A stretch of DNA of 58,098 nucleotides, filler included, from Barthelona sp. PAP020 (Eukaryota), in NCBI GenBank assembly GCA_040182905.1. It is 3 parts of 3 records of this genome, joined end to end, with 100 filler letters (N's around TTAATTAATTAA, not from the genome) between each part and the next. Parts side by side here need not be neighbours in the genome. Positions count along the whole stretch, not along the records: positions 1 to 19,314 come from JARQWU010000209.1; 2 more parts are not named here. One strand, written 5' to 3'. The notes under the pieces were generated by a model. That model saw nothing but the letters and a program-made list of their open reading frames with translations. It ran no database searches and was not told the DNA's origin. Shown here piece after piece: positions 1 to 15,200 of this stretch (positions within the stretch are counted from its first letter, which is position 1; every line of letters starts with the position of its first letter). The translations under genes and the position numbers were made by a program.

Positions 1-115
1 ATATGTTTGTAAATATTGATTTTTCGACATTAACAGTGCTTCTTTCAGAAGTTTGAATGGATACTGTTTGATTTAACATCATATATTTGAAATAAAATTG
101 CAATGATTGAATCAT
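1..115 (-). CDS. Possible 5' end of a hypothetical gene running off the contig edge
   Basis: ATG at 115 follows an A-run; frame MIQSLQFYFKYMMLNQTVSIQTSERS... stays open to position 1; no recognisable motif. Confidence 0.25.
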   Translation of the reverse strand, partial: MIQSLQFYFKYMMLNQTVSIQTSERSTVNVEKSIFTNI

Positions 116-293
116 CTTTTTTTTTTTTTGACTTCTCTCCAAAACATGGAATTTTCAACTATGTTTTTAATTCAGACAATAAAAGTATGATCCTTTTTTA
201 AGTCATTGATTGTACTTTTTCTCTCTGAAAACAGTATGTTTCAAATTACATTCTTTTCAATATTTGCAAAATAATAAATAATAGTTACAGTAT

Positions 294-3200
294 TTATTGA
301 GTTTTTTGACCTGTGTTGTGGAATTCCATACATTTGGTGATAATTTTTGCTGTCAACTTGCTATATAGGTCTTTTTCAGTGAAAATTTGAAATCCATCAC
401 TTAAGCTACCTTGAACACTATCATAATTTTCTTTCATTTTTGAAAAGATACCATCAATCATTGTATGAGGAAAGAGTGTTCCAAATTCTAGATGGTTCAA
501 CAAATAATAAACATGTTTTTCAGCAAGCTGTTGCATTGATTTGGATGGTAATGACCGTTTGGTTTCTAATTTCGTTCTACCAAAGGAAGCTGAAAGTGGC
601 CTATCTTCCAAATTTCTGTGCCACTTGGACTCAGCTGAACTGGGACTTCTGTTCTCACCATAATAATTCTCCATGTTCATTCGAAGTGTTTCAGGTTTGT
701 TATCTTCTTCGTGAAGAACGAATTCGAAATTGACCTCCATCTCAGGAGATTTCCCTCCTTTCTCCAAATAATGGAACAATATGTTTATACAACCAGGTTG
801 GTGTGGTTTGTGCCAAAACTGCTCGACAGCGAGAGCTATTGCGGCTTCAACATCCCTAGAATCTACTCCACCATTTGTCGAACATTTGAGGTTCTTCAAA
901 TGCTGTTTAAAGTTGTCAGTTTCACTGGAAACAAAGTCCATTGATTCATGTCTTTGGAATGGAATGAACACAATGTTACAATTTTTAGACTTAAATATTC
1001 TTTCATTCAAATCACATGTGTCACCGTCCCAAGCTCTGTAACCTAAAAATGACAGTTCAATTACAGCCTCAGGATATTTCAACCAAATCAGTCTTTTAAT
1101 GCTGTCCAATTTTTCGACCAATTCTGAGACAAAAAACTCCATAGATCGACCAATATCAAGCATAAAACAAACTTTGATATTTAGTATGGTATGAGGGAAA
1201 CGAATGTCAAAATCAGCGTGTTTTGGGAATATTTTCGGAGATTTGTACATTTCCAAACATTCCGATCGGAAACTTTGGTGATCAATTTGGTGTCGTCTCC
1301 CATATTTTCCCAAATATTCAGGATTTAACAGAAATTGGATGACCTTTTTCACATACAAAAACATACCTTCTTCTTGTTCATTGCAACCTTCGTAGTTATC
1401 AAAGAATTTGCTAAACGATCCATCAAATATGAAATTTCCTCGTTTTAAATTTCCATTTAACAATTTATTTTCATCTAATATTTCATGGTCTTGATATATA
1501 ATGGCAGTAATTTCGTTATTAGAACGTAACAAAACATCTAAATTGGGATTAATGAGTTTGATATCATCAATCCTTTCATTATTTTCGTTGGTAAATTCTA
1601 GATGTGAAATCGTTACACCCTCTCTCAATGGTTGATTTAAACCAAAGGTAGGAATGTATCTTAAGAAAGGCTCATTTTCAGATTCTAAATAGTGACTAGG
1701 ATGATCATCATCTGCCTTGACAGATTTATTTATTTTATCAGCTTTCAAGGGATATAGAACATCCCCACCTTCATAATTACCAACAACTTTGACTTCTAAC
1801 GAAGCACCATCGACATCTTTTTTGGTAACCTCCCATTCTTCGAACCAATATTGGGCTTCAGCAACAATCGGATAGTTGTCACCAAAAATGGCCACACTTC
1901 CACCATGTTTCCAAAATGCCATTAAAAATTTCTTCATAAATGGTTCTCTGTAGTTAAAGAATTGTTTATCTGCTGCATTCTTTAATTGAGCATAAATTGG
2001 TCCGTACGAGCAAAAAATCCACACTTGTTCATAAGATTTTTCTAACATGCGCTCAATGGCCGATTTAAAGTTAAAGACATAATCTGGTTTCGTGGCAAAG
2101 CTTTCGCAAGACTTTTCAATGTTCTTCCGCAAACTCCTTTCATTAATACGATTTTGGTTTTCTTCATGAGGATAAAATAGGAAAATAACTAACAACTTGA
2201 CTTTTTTCACAGATTTTGACAAAATATCAATTTCTTCATTTTTCCTTGTTTTTTCAACCCTTTGATCTTGATTCTGCAATTGGTTTTCATCTTGTTTCTT
2301 GTCTTTAACTGTTGTAGTGGATTTCTCAAAATTAAGATCATAGTTTTTCAAACCTTCAAAATATTGGTTTATTTCTGTTGTATTCAATAAAGTCAATTTA
2401 GAACCATGAGATTTCACATTCATATTATTTGCAAATACTTCAATGAAGTCTCTTACTTTTGGCATTTCGAACTTGTAATCAGTATCTAATTCTTTCTTTT
2501 TAAAAGAAGAAACAGGTACAAAACAATGATTACGTTTCTCAGGTTCAATTCCACCATTTAACTTCTTTGATAAATCAATAAAATTCTCACCAAACAGAAA
2601 ACTTTCTCTGGTATCTTCATTAACATTCATGTGTCCCATTGCCAACCCTTGAATCAATACACTGCTGTTGTTTTCCAAAATCTGTTTGAATTCTTTTCCA
2701 TTCAAACGTGAGCCATCACTCACCAAGAGTATCAAATTTCCCTTTTTATTGCTCTTATTACTGTCTAACAAACAAATCGACTCTTCTAAAAGATTACAAG
2801 TCGGAACAGAACCATTGGGTTCCAAACCATACAATACATCTTCAAAGCATTCATTTAAGGACTTATTAAAAGGCTTAGACACTTCTATTTGGGTGTTGCT
2901 GATAATAATAGCATAATCATCGATATTATTTTGCTGTAAACTCAAGATAATTCCCATCAGCTCCAAAAGAACCGTTGGAGTCTTTTGACTAGTTGAATCA
3001 ACAGCTATAACTACCGAGTAATCAGGAATTAATCCACCAGATTTACTTTTAAAGATTCTGGCATCATTATACTGTGTTGCGTAGAATTGAATCAAACCAT
3101 AAATGCTAATTTCTTGTCCATTTTCACTTAAAACATACTTTGTTGCTTTATTTGGAATCAATATTTCCCTTCCAAACCCATTTGACAACGCATGCAAATG

Positions 3201-6200
3201 ATTTTCAATCAGTCTTTCAAATGACCGCATTTCCACAAATGTAGCACTAACATTATTGTTATGCATGTTCATGATCATATTATTCAACTTGATATTGTTG
3301 ATCACACTGTATTTATCATCGTCGGAAGAACGATATGTATTGGTTTTTTTCAATAATTCGGAATGGTAATAAGAATCGTGTGGATTTTTCAACCAAAAGT
3401 GTTTTAAATCGATGTGGTAGTTGAACTTGTTATTTCCATCAACAATCTTTTGATCAAACCTTCTACCTCTAGACACATTCACAATGAACTCGTGTTTCTT
3501 TGTGGTCAACAACAATTTATCAACACAATCAAAGAACTTTTCCTTTTGTCCCTTTTGAGGATCGTTAAGAATATCAAATAGTTTCTTGTTTTCTTTTTGA
3601 TACTCCAAATCAAATTTTTCAACAGTATCAACACCGTAAAGATCTTTATCCATGGAGATGTAACTTTCATGAGAAGGAATAACCAAGAATTTATTCACCA
3701 TATTGACATGATGATTATCTATGAAAAAACCATCAGTAATAACAATGATTGGAATAATATTCAAAAGATCCATTGTGCAAGAAATTTTGTTTCCCTTGTT
3801 TGCAGAATTCTTAGGGAAATACTTGGAAGTAAATGAACTTTCCAAAAATCCCGAATTGTTGTTCAGGAAATTGATTGCTGAATCCAGACTGAAATATTTT
3901 TGTACAACATTACTCCCAATATCAGAGAACAATCTCAGTGTTTGAACCAAACAACTCAGTAACTCTGGATTTAAGGGGGTTTTCCAATCTTTCAAAATAA
4001 TTTGATTTTGCTGAGTTCCACCACTAATAAGAATGTTCAAAGGTAACCCAATCATATTGTACAAAACAACTGCTTCCAGCACACATTGAATATAATGCTC
4101 AGTGATGGTACAACTACCTTGAATAATCAGCGTAACAGGATGTAATACTGTTTTTAAACGATTTAAAGCAACTTTCCTTGCCTTATTGTTCAAGTCAGTA
4201 TAAACCCTGTGTGATTCTCCTTTTTCATAGGGAAACGATTCCAAAGTTTGATGAAGGCTAAATTCAAAAGCATCATTGACATCTAAGACATTCTTTCTAT
4301 TGTCAGTGGATTCTGAATTTTTCAAACCCTTAACAATTTCTTCCCGAACCGAATTTGGATTCAATTCTTCTTTGATTTTTAAATTTTTTGTTGATAATGC
4401 TTCCTTAATCATCAATAAATTACTATCAATATTTTTCATAAACTTTGGAGGATAACCCGATTCTTTATGGGCTTTTAAAGCAAGTTTCCTTTTATTCTGG
4501 TCCCTCAAATGTTTAAAAAGTTCTGCTTCATTTTGACTTTGTAAACTTTTGGAATCCAAAAGAGCATAGTCTTGCTCATTCAATTCAAAATTACTCTCAA
4601 AACTGTCCCCAGAAGTAAATTCAAATTTCTCTTGTTTATTGGGGTTCCTCTTAAGGTCATAATCAATACCAACTGCATCTTTTTCTTCAAATCCTTCAAA
4701 TATTTCTTTGCTCGACAAAATAGCTCTCTCAACAATTTTTTGTTTGAAATTTCCATGGGTATTTTCAGCATCTCCAATAACTTCCTCTTCCATTAATGGA
4801 TCAAATTCTCCATAAATAGATTCTTGACCAGAACAAAGTGGTGAAGGAGGCTCATAGTTCATACCAATATATGAAATGAAGAAATCAGAATTCAATGATT
4901 CAATGGAACGAACAGAAATACCTGCAACGTTAAAAACTCGTTGAAATACATTCCAAATTGATGTCACAAAGGCTTGACGATCATCAATTGATTCTAAAAT
5001 AATCTTAATTAGATCCCACACAGGTGATAAGTATATGGCCAAATATTTGACAGACACTTTTGGGCATTGTTGAAATAACGCACGCAAATAGTTAAACAAA
5101 GTGAAAATCCTTTCCTTTACTTCATCATCATCATTTTGACCTTGAGCACAAATAAACAAATCGGAGAAATACTTTCGATGATCATCTGTTATCAAATTCA
5201 ATACAGATATCTTCTTTCCTTCCTTATCAAATTCTAACTCAAAATCTGGTGAATCTTCATCATTACCTATGACTTTGTCTTCTAATTTAGCGTCTGAATT
5301 CCTTGGTTCAACACCCAAATGATAATCTGAAGCTACCATTATTTCATCTTCGTCATCATCACTGTTATCATCAAATTCAAATGGCTGTACTGATTTCAAT
5401 GGAGTGAATTTCATTTGCCTTTTAGATTGTTGAGAATTATCATCTTTGAAAATAATATGTAGTATCTTTATTTGCTCTTGCTCATTTGTTGAAAAAGACG
5501 CTGCAAGAACCCTTTTATTATGGTATACATTGAAAAAACCTTGGTCAAACTCAATACACTTTTTATTGTCAATTTCTTTCACTTCAAAACGTTGAACATG
5601 GAAAGAATTATCTTCAGAATAATCAATCAAATCATCCCAAACATCATTTGAATCAATGTATGGTAAAAATACATCAATCTTATTGATATTCATGTTGGAA
5701 ACATCAACAATATACCTCTCATTACAAGAAAATTGATAATCTTTGTTATTGTCCAGATCTTCTCTTTGGAACGTTGTTTCATTATACAACAATTGATTTT
5801 CAAAGACAAAAGGTACAGTTTTTTTCTCTAATTTATCAAAAATACCCACACAGTATTGATCAATATTTCTTTTAGTGCTTTGAATGTCTGTTTGTTTTGA
5901 CCATTTTTGATTTTCATGATTGAAAGATAATCTGATCAAATCAAATGGGTTATCTTCAATGATATGAATTTCATCTCGATTTTTATTTCCAATTCCAGTG
6001 TGCAACCATAATTTTGCTGGTGTATTACGAGCATAATAATTAATTCGAACAGAATCACGAGGTGAAATATAAAAATAATACTCTGAAAGTTCAATAGGAT
6101 TGTCTTTTTCAGCAAATAAATAAACTTTTTGTAAACTATCATTGTTGTTGCGAATTTCAAAAGAATTCGTTTGTTCAGCATTTAATCCATTAAATAATTG

Positions 6201-9200
6201 ATTTTCATTGAGTTTACCAGTTAAAGTAAGACTCCTCTCAACAACATTCAACTTCAAATTGATTTGTATCCTTCTTTTCCTGTTATACCATTTTAAATCA
6301 AAATATTGTGTTAACGTTACATTTCCTATCTTATTAGGAGGTTCAATGGAAGTAACATCAAATTCAATGTTGATCTCCTGTAAATGACCAATAGTCATAT
6401 ACTTGATCTTATCTTTGTTATCAATCAAAACAAATCTGTTCACGATTGTGTCATCACTCTTTTTCACAAATAATTGACATTTAAAGATCATTTGTTTGTG
6501 AGTTACCATTGAGTTAATAATTTCCCCTCCAAAAAGGTCAATTTCTTTCGGTATATCATCATTGTTTATTTCATTAGTTTCAACATATAAACAAGAATGT
6601 TGTTTCTTCCAAAAATTGGCTTTTTTATCAACATCATTAAATTTGTCACTGTCTTTACCAAATATTTGCAAAATATGATTCTTCAATATGTTAGGAATAT
6701 CCGAATGCAAATAATATTTCAAAGTTTTAAAAGTTTTTTCAATCTTTTGTTTTATCTCAGCAAAGGACGAATGATAGGTCAATAATTCCAAAACGTTGTT
6801 GTAATCTTTTTCTATTTTTCCAAAATTGGTTTCAATATTCTTAAAAGTCTCATCAATTTCAGCAGATTGTGATTTAAAGCTGACAAACCTATAAAATTTC
6901 TTATCATCAACATTTTCAGTGAGGTAATTGTCATAAGGAATCATTTTCATTTGTGATTTAGGTTTGAGTTCTTTAAATTTTTTCTGTTTAAAGTTCCAAA
7001 CAATGGAATAATCCATGGAAATATTCCCTTTCTTTTTGATTGTCCCATTAAAACTGATGTCTTGATCATATGGACAGATGAAATAAAGATAGAAAGGTTT
7101 TGAATTTTCATCTACTTTGTATTCATTGTTATTAACAGTATAGGACAAAACTTTATCACTTACATGCAACTGAATCAAATACCCATGTTCAATTTCTTTA
7201 TAATAATCTTCATTATATGTGCAAGGATATTCACTTTTATCTTCAGGTAAGTTAATCTTTTTTAAATGATCGAAAGCACAATTAATATCCTTCAATTGCT
7301 CAAAAACCTCATCTGTTTCTAGATTTGAAATCACTTCTGGATCATAACAATAGAAATAATTGTCATTTTCAGTCATTTCGTTGACAAACACTGTTAAATA
7401 GTGAAAGTATACTTGATCATTATGTTCAATTATTGTATCTTTTGCTTGAGCATTTTCAAGTTTTTTGCTAGCTTCTGAAAAAAATGTTTTCAATTGTTTA
7501 AACAATTCAACTATTGAATTCTTCTTTGTATCCCTCAACTCAAAAGACTGTTTTGCAATTCTTTTATTCAGCAAACTCTCTAAAAGAACGTCTAATCTTT
7601 TCATATTATCATCGTTCAACAACTTTTCTTTTTTTCCATAGTTATCATAAATTTCTTTCATTATTTCTATGGTTGTCTGATAAAAAGAAATCCTTTCAAA
7701 ATCATGATCATATTCTAAGACATGTTTCCTTTCAGAATTTTCACAAAATTCCAAAATTTCCTTCAAAATATTTGTCAATAAATACATCTTTTGGCCTAAT
7801 AATTCATTGAAATCGAATGAATTCATTGAAATTCGATGCTTATGTGCTTTATCAAACCAAAGATTGGTAAATAAAGATTTTGATCGATTGGATGCATACT
7901 TTAAAAAATTTTGAAATTTTAACAAATTTTCTTTTGCCTGCTTGAAATTGTTTACTTCATTGAAATAAATACATGGTTTTGAAAAGGATTCTAGCAAACT
8001 GTTAATAATTTGAGTAGTAAATATATTATTTTCATGTGAAAATAATTCTAAATTTAAATTTTGAATTTCAAAGACTTTCACAAGATTTTTTGTCAATTGT
8101 ATATCCAAAAGGCATTCAATTTTATTTATATCTAATTGTGTAATTGTATCAAACGAGATTAAATGATTCATTAAAATTTCGCCATAATGATCGAACAGTT
8201 TAATCTTATTCTTATCATTAACAACATGTTTATAATAAGGAGGAGCCAAAACAAATCTAGAATTCAATAAAAAGCAATTGTAATAAGCTTCTTCAAAATA
8301 AGCAAACATATGAATTCTGCTATAAAAATCTAATTCATTGATTCGTTTATATATATCGATTAATCTGTCCCATTTACACAAATCCAAAATAAACTTTTCT
8401 CTAATGTTCTCCAGTACAATTTTTGGTTGTGCTACAACTTGCGATGTGTCCAAATTATAGTCTGCTTCTTCTTCTTCCTCTTTTTTCTTTTCAGAATAAA
8501 AATGCAAAAACTTAAAATAGATTGCTTCCAAGGTTTTATTCACTGTTTCATCATAATTTAAAGAATTTTCATATAATGAATCCACATTCTCTAATAAATG
8601 AACTATAGTATACAATAACAACAATTTTTGAATATCTTTTTTTAGTTCATTCATCTTTACATTATTATTATAACCATGATTTTGTTTCATTTTTTGATTA
8701 TATACAACATAAACATTATTGTTGACATGCTCTTCTAAATACTTCAAAATAATATCCACGAATTTTTCTTCATGATACTTAATACGTTGCAATCTGTTGA
8801 TTTCACTGTTCACAAAATCCAAATCTACATAATTGCCACTTTTCAACTTCTTATAAAGATTGAACCAATGATAAAGCTGATCGAAAGAGCAATCAAACAA
8901 ACATTGTTCAACTTTTTTTTTTAACAACATAATCGCATCTACTTTATAATTTTTTAAAAGATCATCATTCTTATCTTTGATATACCTTATCAATTCAATA
9001 ACAAACGAGCTATCAAAAACACAATCAGTTACCATTGAATTCAAAGCAAGAGATTTTTCCTTTTCAAAATCTGTTGATTCTTTTTCTTCTTTGTTTTCCT
9101 TGGAAAATTCAATCATTGATTTGAATAAGTTAGCAAAATGTGCATATCTCGCTGTATCCACATTAACTAAACTTAAAGACATTTCACAAAACCATAAATA

Positions 9201-12200
9201 TTTCAAGTTTTCAAAAGAATTCTCTTTTTCTCTTTCTATGTCCAATATTTTTGATTCTTTTTCTATTTTCTTTGAATTATTAAACATTTTCTCCTCTAAA
9301 ATATACTGAGCTCTATCTCCATATAATACATCATCAAAAGTTGAATCAGTCAATATCAACATGGTAGAAAGTAAGCAGTTCAATGACTTGTTTGTCTTGA
9401 CGTCATTCAAAGATACAACTCTTTGTCCTACACTATCAATTTGTGAATTATTCATCATATCTTCCTCTGTAACATTGAAAGTAGATAGTATCAATCTCAA
9501 TGGTAAGAATAGCAGATCAAAAGTACTCTCAACAAATTCAACTGTTTTGAAGTTGGTTTTAACTTGCGTTTTATGTTGGAGTTTATTTTTGACTGCATTA
9601 TATTTCTTCAGAATATGCAATAATGCTTTCTGCCCATCTTTTTCATCAATTTTCTTGATAAATTCATGAACATAGAAATGCAAAATTTCTTTGTCGGAAA
9701 AATGTTTCAAAAGCCAAAATTCTTTGGGAAAAACTTCCGATATTTTTCCTTCAACTTGTTTTTCTTGAATTTTCTTTTTAATTCTGTAAAAAATACTGAA
9801 AAACACAAAGGGTACGTCTGTATCCACAATTTCGTAAGCCTTTTTGAATTCTCCAAAACTCCTGAATTCAAACCTGCTTTCAAAATGTTTAACTGAAAGA
9901 TCAGGTAATTCTTGTCCAAAATATTGACAAACTTTAACATATTTAAAATTCTTAAATTTTCGAAATTGAGACAACATCTGATTTAATTTTAAATCTCCAT
10001 CAGCCCACGCCAGAGTCTCATCATTTGGTGATTCTTTGATTTTTTGCTTAAATTCTTCGAATTTCCTCTCATCAACAAAGATTCTCTTGAATATATTATC
10101 AACCAAAGCATCAAAGGTTTCCCATTGCAAACTTTTCCGAGGGAAAATTTTAACAAATGCGTAGATCTCTCGTAAGCTTGGGAAAACAGATCCAACAAAA
10201 TCATTAGCTGAAGATTGCTTTTTTAAATCATGAAAAGCATGACATAAACCGTAGCAATATTTGTTCAAATGCTCCAATTCACTATTTTCAGCGATATTCA
10301 ACTTTTTAAACAACATTTCAACAAGACATGCCACAAATGGCTTGATATCGTTATTATCTACCAATTCATCAATAGCAATAACTTTGTTTTTGATGACTCT
10401 CGACAAGAAGGGTTGACTCAAGGATTTCTTCTTTGAATCAGGTGTCAAAGTGAAGAAAATTCTTCCATTCGGGTTGATCGAGAATTCATTTTCTTCAGGG
10501 CCAAGAATATTTGTAATTTTACGATAAGGAATAGATTTACTCAAAGTTACACAAGGGGTTCTCTCAAAAATAATCAACTCAGAGTTTTCCTCCAATAATG
10601 AATTGAAACGCTCTAAATAATCAACTGAAGCACTGTTGATATTGTCAATCAATATGTTGTATCCTTGATTCAATGCAAAGATGATGTCAGAAAAAACAAA
10701 AGTGAAACTATCACAGTTGATAGAAATTTCTTTAAAAGTTTCAAGCAACGCTTCAACAGATTGCTCAAATTTTTCATCAACTCTTCCAATTTTTCTTTTA
10801 ATTTTTTGAATGCGATATTCGAACTCTCGACAACCATAATCTGTATTAATCTTGAGTTTTAAAGATTTGCAAAACTCATCGAAATTGTTGATCATTAATG
10901 CAATCGGATTAAACAACCTTTGCAATTGATGTGGTAAACGTTTCAGAATTTCATCTAATTGATTAATCATGGTGTCTTTCTTTTCATGATATATCAACTG
11001 TAACTTTGGATAGTACAACCCAACCAGAGAACTGGCTGTGCTGTCTTTATCAACTGGGAATATCAACAACTTTCGATGTGTCAGTTGTGAAAAGTAACGA
11101 ACTAAAGTTGTTTTTCCACTACCCAAAGACCCTTCCAATAAAATAGCCTTACCACTCAAATGACATACAGCAATGTCATACAAAGATCTACGAAAATGTT
11201 CAAAATCGATAATGTTATCGATTTGATAACTATCTTCTCCTTGTGGCACAAGTATATTGCCTATTTTTGTGTACTTCTTGCCATTTATCAACTTGTTTTC
11301 GATAATCTCAATGTTCCTATGTATATTTGGATTTGCTAGTGTATTATGATATATGACAGCCAAATAATTGTCAAGCAGTTCCCTTTTTATAATAAAGCTA
11401 TGCTTTTTAAAGCTTTCACCACTGTTAGCAAGAATATTCCTAAGCTTCATTATTTCGCGTAAACTGAAGCTCAGATTTGAATTTTGGTCATTTGATTGTT
11501 TGACTTGTTCACTGTGATAATCACAAATGAAATCAATCAACTTATCACTTTCTTGATTATCTGCTTGAAAATATTGTTCTAAATAATGTTTAACAAACGC
11601 TCTTAAGTCGTTTCCAAGCATGTTCTTTAAATTACAGTAAATGAATTGTTCTAAAAGGGATTTTGTCAATGAACTTCTGCTTGCAGTCATCACCGATGGA
11701 TTCATGGTGGCAAAAATTGGAATATACTCTTTCACAGTATACTTTTCAGCTCCAGAAATAGGTGGGAAATAGTCATAAGTTACATTTGGATCTCTACATT
11801 TCATTAATATTTCTATGAAAATTGCCAACTCTTGAAGTAACTCTGCTGATCCCAGATTGATTTCATCAAATATAATCCAAGATTGTTTGAAGTTTGCACT
11901 GTCTTCTAAGGCCTTTAACAAGGCTCCTGGTTCAAATACTACTTCATTCATTTGAGTAATGGGATTTCTCTTCCAGATCAAATGACCAAAAACCTCTTTT
12001 ATTGTTGAGGACGAATTTAAGTTGATTCGAATCGGCTCAATACCAAGACTCTTCGCCAATGTAATGATAGTTGCTGTCTTGCCAATACCAGGAACACCCT
12101 CAAACAATAAAGGTGTTTGAGTTTGAAGCGAAATCATTACAAATAATAAAAGGTTTTTGGTAAAATCCAAAGGAATGAGGCGATCAATGCATCTATCGAA

Positions 12201-15200
12201 ATTTTTCTTTGGAAAATTGACATGTCTGTGAAATTGATACAAGAAATGCATTTTGGAATTGGGATTTCCCAAATATAGGGTAACCATATTTGTTTCATCA
12301 TTTTCAATTGTGAACAGATTTGAAACTCCTGAAACAACTTCATTGTCTTCAAAAGAATAAAATTTATGAAATTCTTTGAAAACGCTCTTAGCTTCGAGTT
12401 TATCAGGATTAATGTTGAAATGTCGTTCAAGGAAATCACACACATTGTCCAACTTACTGCATACCAACTCAACGGCAAGAATTGTTTTCAATTCATCATT
12501 TTTAATGGACTTTAAAGCAGTTTTTAACGATTCTGCTTTATGCAATTCAAAATAGTTTGGTGCAACATCTCTTTTACTATTGAAAAAAATATCAAACAAG
12601 TTTCTACTGTTGCTATTCTCACTTTCATTTTCAGTTTCAGTTTTAGTTTCAGTTTTAGTTTCAGATGCTTGGAAGATGGCTCTTAACTCAGATTTGGTGT
12701 AATTAGAGATGAAACAGAGATTCACTCTGGATTTAATCGCATTAGAAACCTTTAATGCCTGATATATATCATCAGTATCGATATCACAATAAACCATGGT
12801 ATTCTCTCCCACACAATGTGTTTGACCTTCCTCATCCAGAAAAGGGTTGTCGTTTACAAAAGTTCTTCTGGGTGCTAATAAAGAGTTTATTCTCTCGATA
12901 ACATTAGTTTCACAATCATCAAAACTGTGTAATAATAGAGATCTACCTTCATTAATAGCTTGTGAAATACGTCCCTCTTGATAATAAACTAACATAGCCT
13001 GATTATTTTCTGAAGATATTATTGTCCTTATCTGTCTTAATATCACCAAAGTGCTATTAATTGAGTTAATTAATCTGATTTTTTGATTTTTGAACTTTTC
13101 ACAACCTTCAAAATCTTGCAAAATTTTCAAAACTATCTGAAAACCATCAACAATTTCTTCCAAAGAATCAACAGAAAGAAGATTGTTCAAAAACTCCAAA
13201 GTTTTATCTTCGATATTCAATAACGCATGTCTTTGATATCTCTGAATACTTTGTTTCAAAACAACAAGCAAATCATTGATAAAATGACGTAAATTATTTT
13301 TCTCTGCTGATTGAACACCAAAAGTTCCAATCAAATCCTGTACAGTTGTTTGTTTTGAAAGGTGTACAATTTCAAGGGAATTATTTGTATCTCCATTCTT
13401 TGCTTGTTCAAATTCCTTAATCAAAGTGGTTTTAAAGGAAGAAGGTCCAACTAAAAAAAGAGATTCTGATATATTTGTAAAAAAATCGTACAGGGTATCC
13501 TTTTCAGTACCATAATTCATTGTTTGTGCCCACATCAATTGTCGAATTAAATATTTAGCCCCCTCAATCTTATCATACTTTTCAATATTGAATTTTCCTT
13601 TCAAAGTTATTGATAATCTGACATGACATTTGTTTTGGTTGTCAACAAAATAAGACTCCAAAACGTTTTTATTATCATCAAATGAGATCTGCAACTTCAA
13701 TTTGTCGATATTGATTTTTAGATATTTACATTGATTATCTTTTAAAGCCTCTCTTCTGACGCACTCCTGAAAATAACGTCTGTTTCGAACCATTGCTAAT
13801 AGGTACTCAACAACGATGAAAGAAAAATCACCTCTGGTGAAGGAACAACATCTCTTTGCCATCTTTAACCAATCTCGGAACGTTATTTCTTTGCCTAATG
13901 ATAACTTATCTTCATACAATATGAAGAATTTCACCCAAAATAGAATAGTTTTGACCAAATATTCGTGTTCAACGCCAATTTTTCGAAAGAAAACTTCTTT
14001 TGCCAATAACTCGACGTTTAAATTATCACAAGAGACCATGTATAATCGAGAGCTTGTTTCCACTGGAAGTTCCTTTCTACCACGCATATATGCTGGATTT
14101 TGTGTTGCAACGAACCTGAAATTCGGATGCACCTTGATTACTTCGTTTAGATTCGGTATTTTAATTTCAACACTACCCATCAACACCTCATTCAAACAAC
14201 TTAAACAGTCGTGAGAACACAGATTTAATTCATCAGCAATAAAGAGTTTGCCATCACGCAAAGCTTTTGTCAAAGGTCCATCAATCCATTTTAATTCTCC
14301 TGATTCGGAGATCATAAGTCTTCCAAATAAATCAGAAGGTGTTGTAGCATCTGAACAATGAAATAAATGATAGCCATCGTTTTCATCAGCAAACATTTCT
14401 TTTTTAACCAAATCGAAATTCCCAATGAAACAAAACATTGCTGTTTTACCGAAAGAAGGTGGTCCAACCAAACAAATTGGCTTTTTGTAGTCAAGCAGAG
14501 TAATCACATGCTGAAAAGTGAAATATTGTTGAATAATGGACTCGTTTATAACAAAATCTTTGTCTGTCACATTAAAAAGGTTTGAGTAAGCATGACCTGA
14601 ATCAGAGTTATGTTTAAAAAAATCAGTAATTTTAACATTGAGTGTTTGGCCACCATCTGCTAGAGCAATAAAATTAGCATTGGCAATATTTTCGTGAAAT
14701 GTCACAGGACTGTCCAAATTAATTTTAAATTGTAGCCCTTCATTTAAAGCATCTAGATAAACATCTGATTTGCACAACATTGCCGTCTTTATTATTGTAA
14801 AGACAGATTTAGGTGGGTTTCCTTTGTCTTCATCTTCACTTTGCAAATTCTTGAATACAGAATGGAATTTAAACAAATGATGAAAGTTTGTAAGTTTTCC
14901 CAAATCTTGAGTAAAAATATGAAACATTTTTTGTAGAATCAACTCATTATCTGCTTGAAATTCAACTTCATTGAATCCATCTGCATCAAACAAAGTTTTT
15001 ACCAAGTCTTTGGAAAAATCAGGCAAATGAAAAACAGTGAGTCTGTTCATCATAGCTGGGGACAAATTAATTATTCTTTCTTTGTCTTCACCAGCAGTGG
15101 TGATTACAATAAAACCTCTATTTATAGTCAAAACGCCATCCTTAATACCCAATTGATTACCTGTTTTCGAATTTTGATGTATCTCCCATTTTAACTTGTC

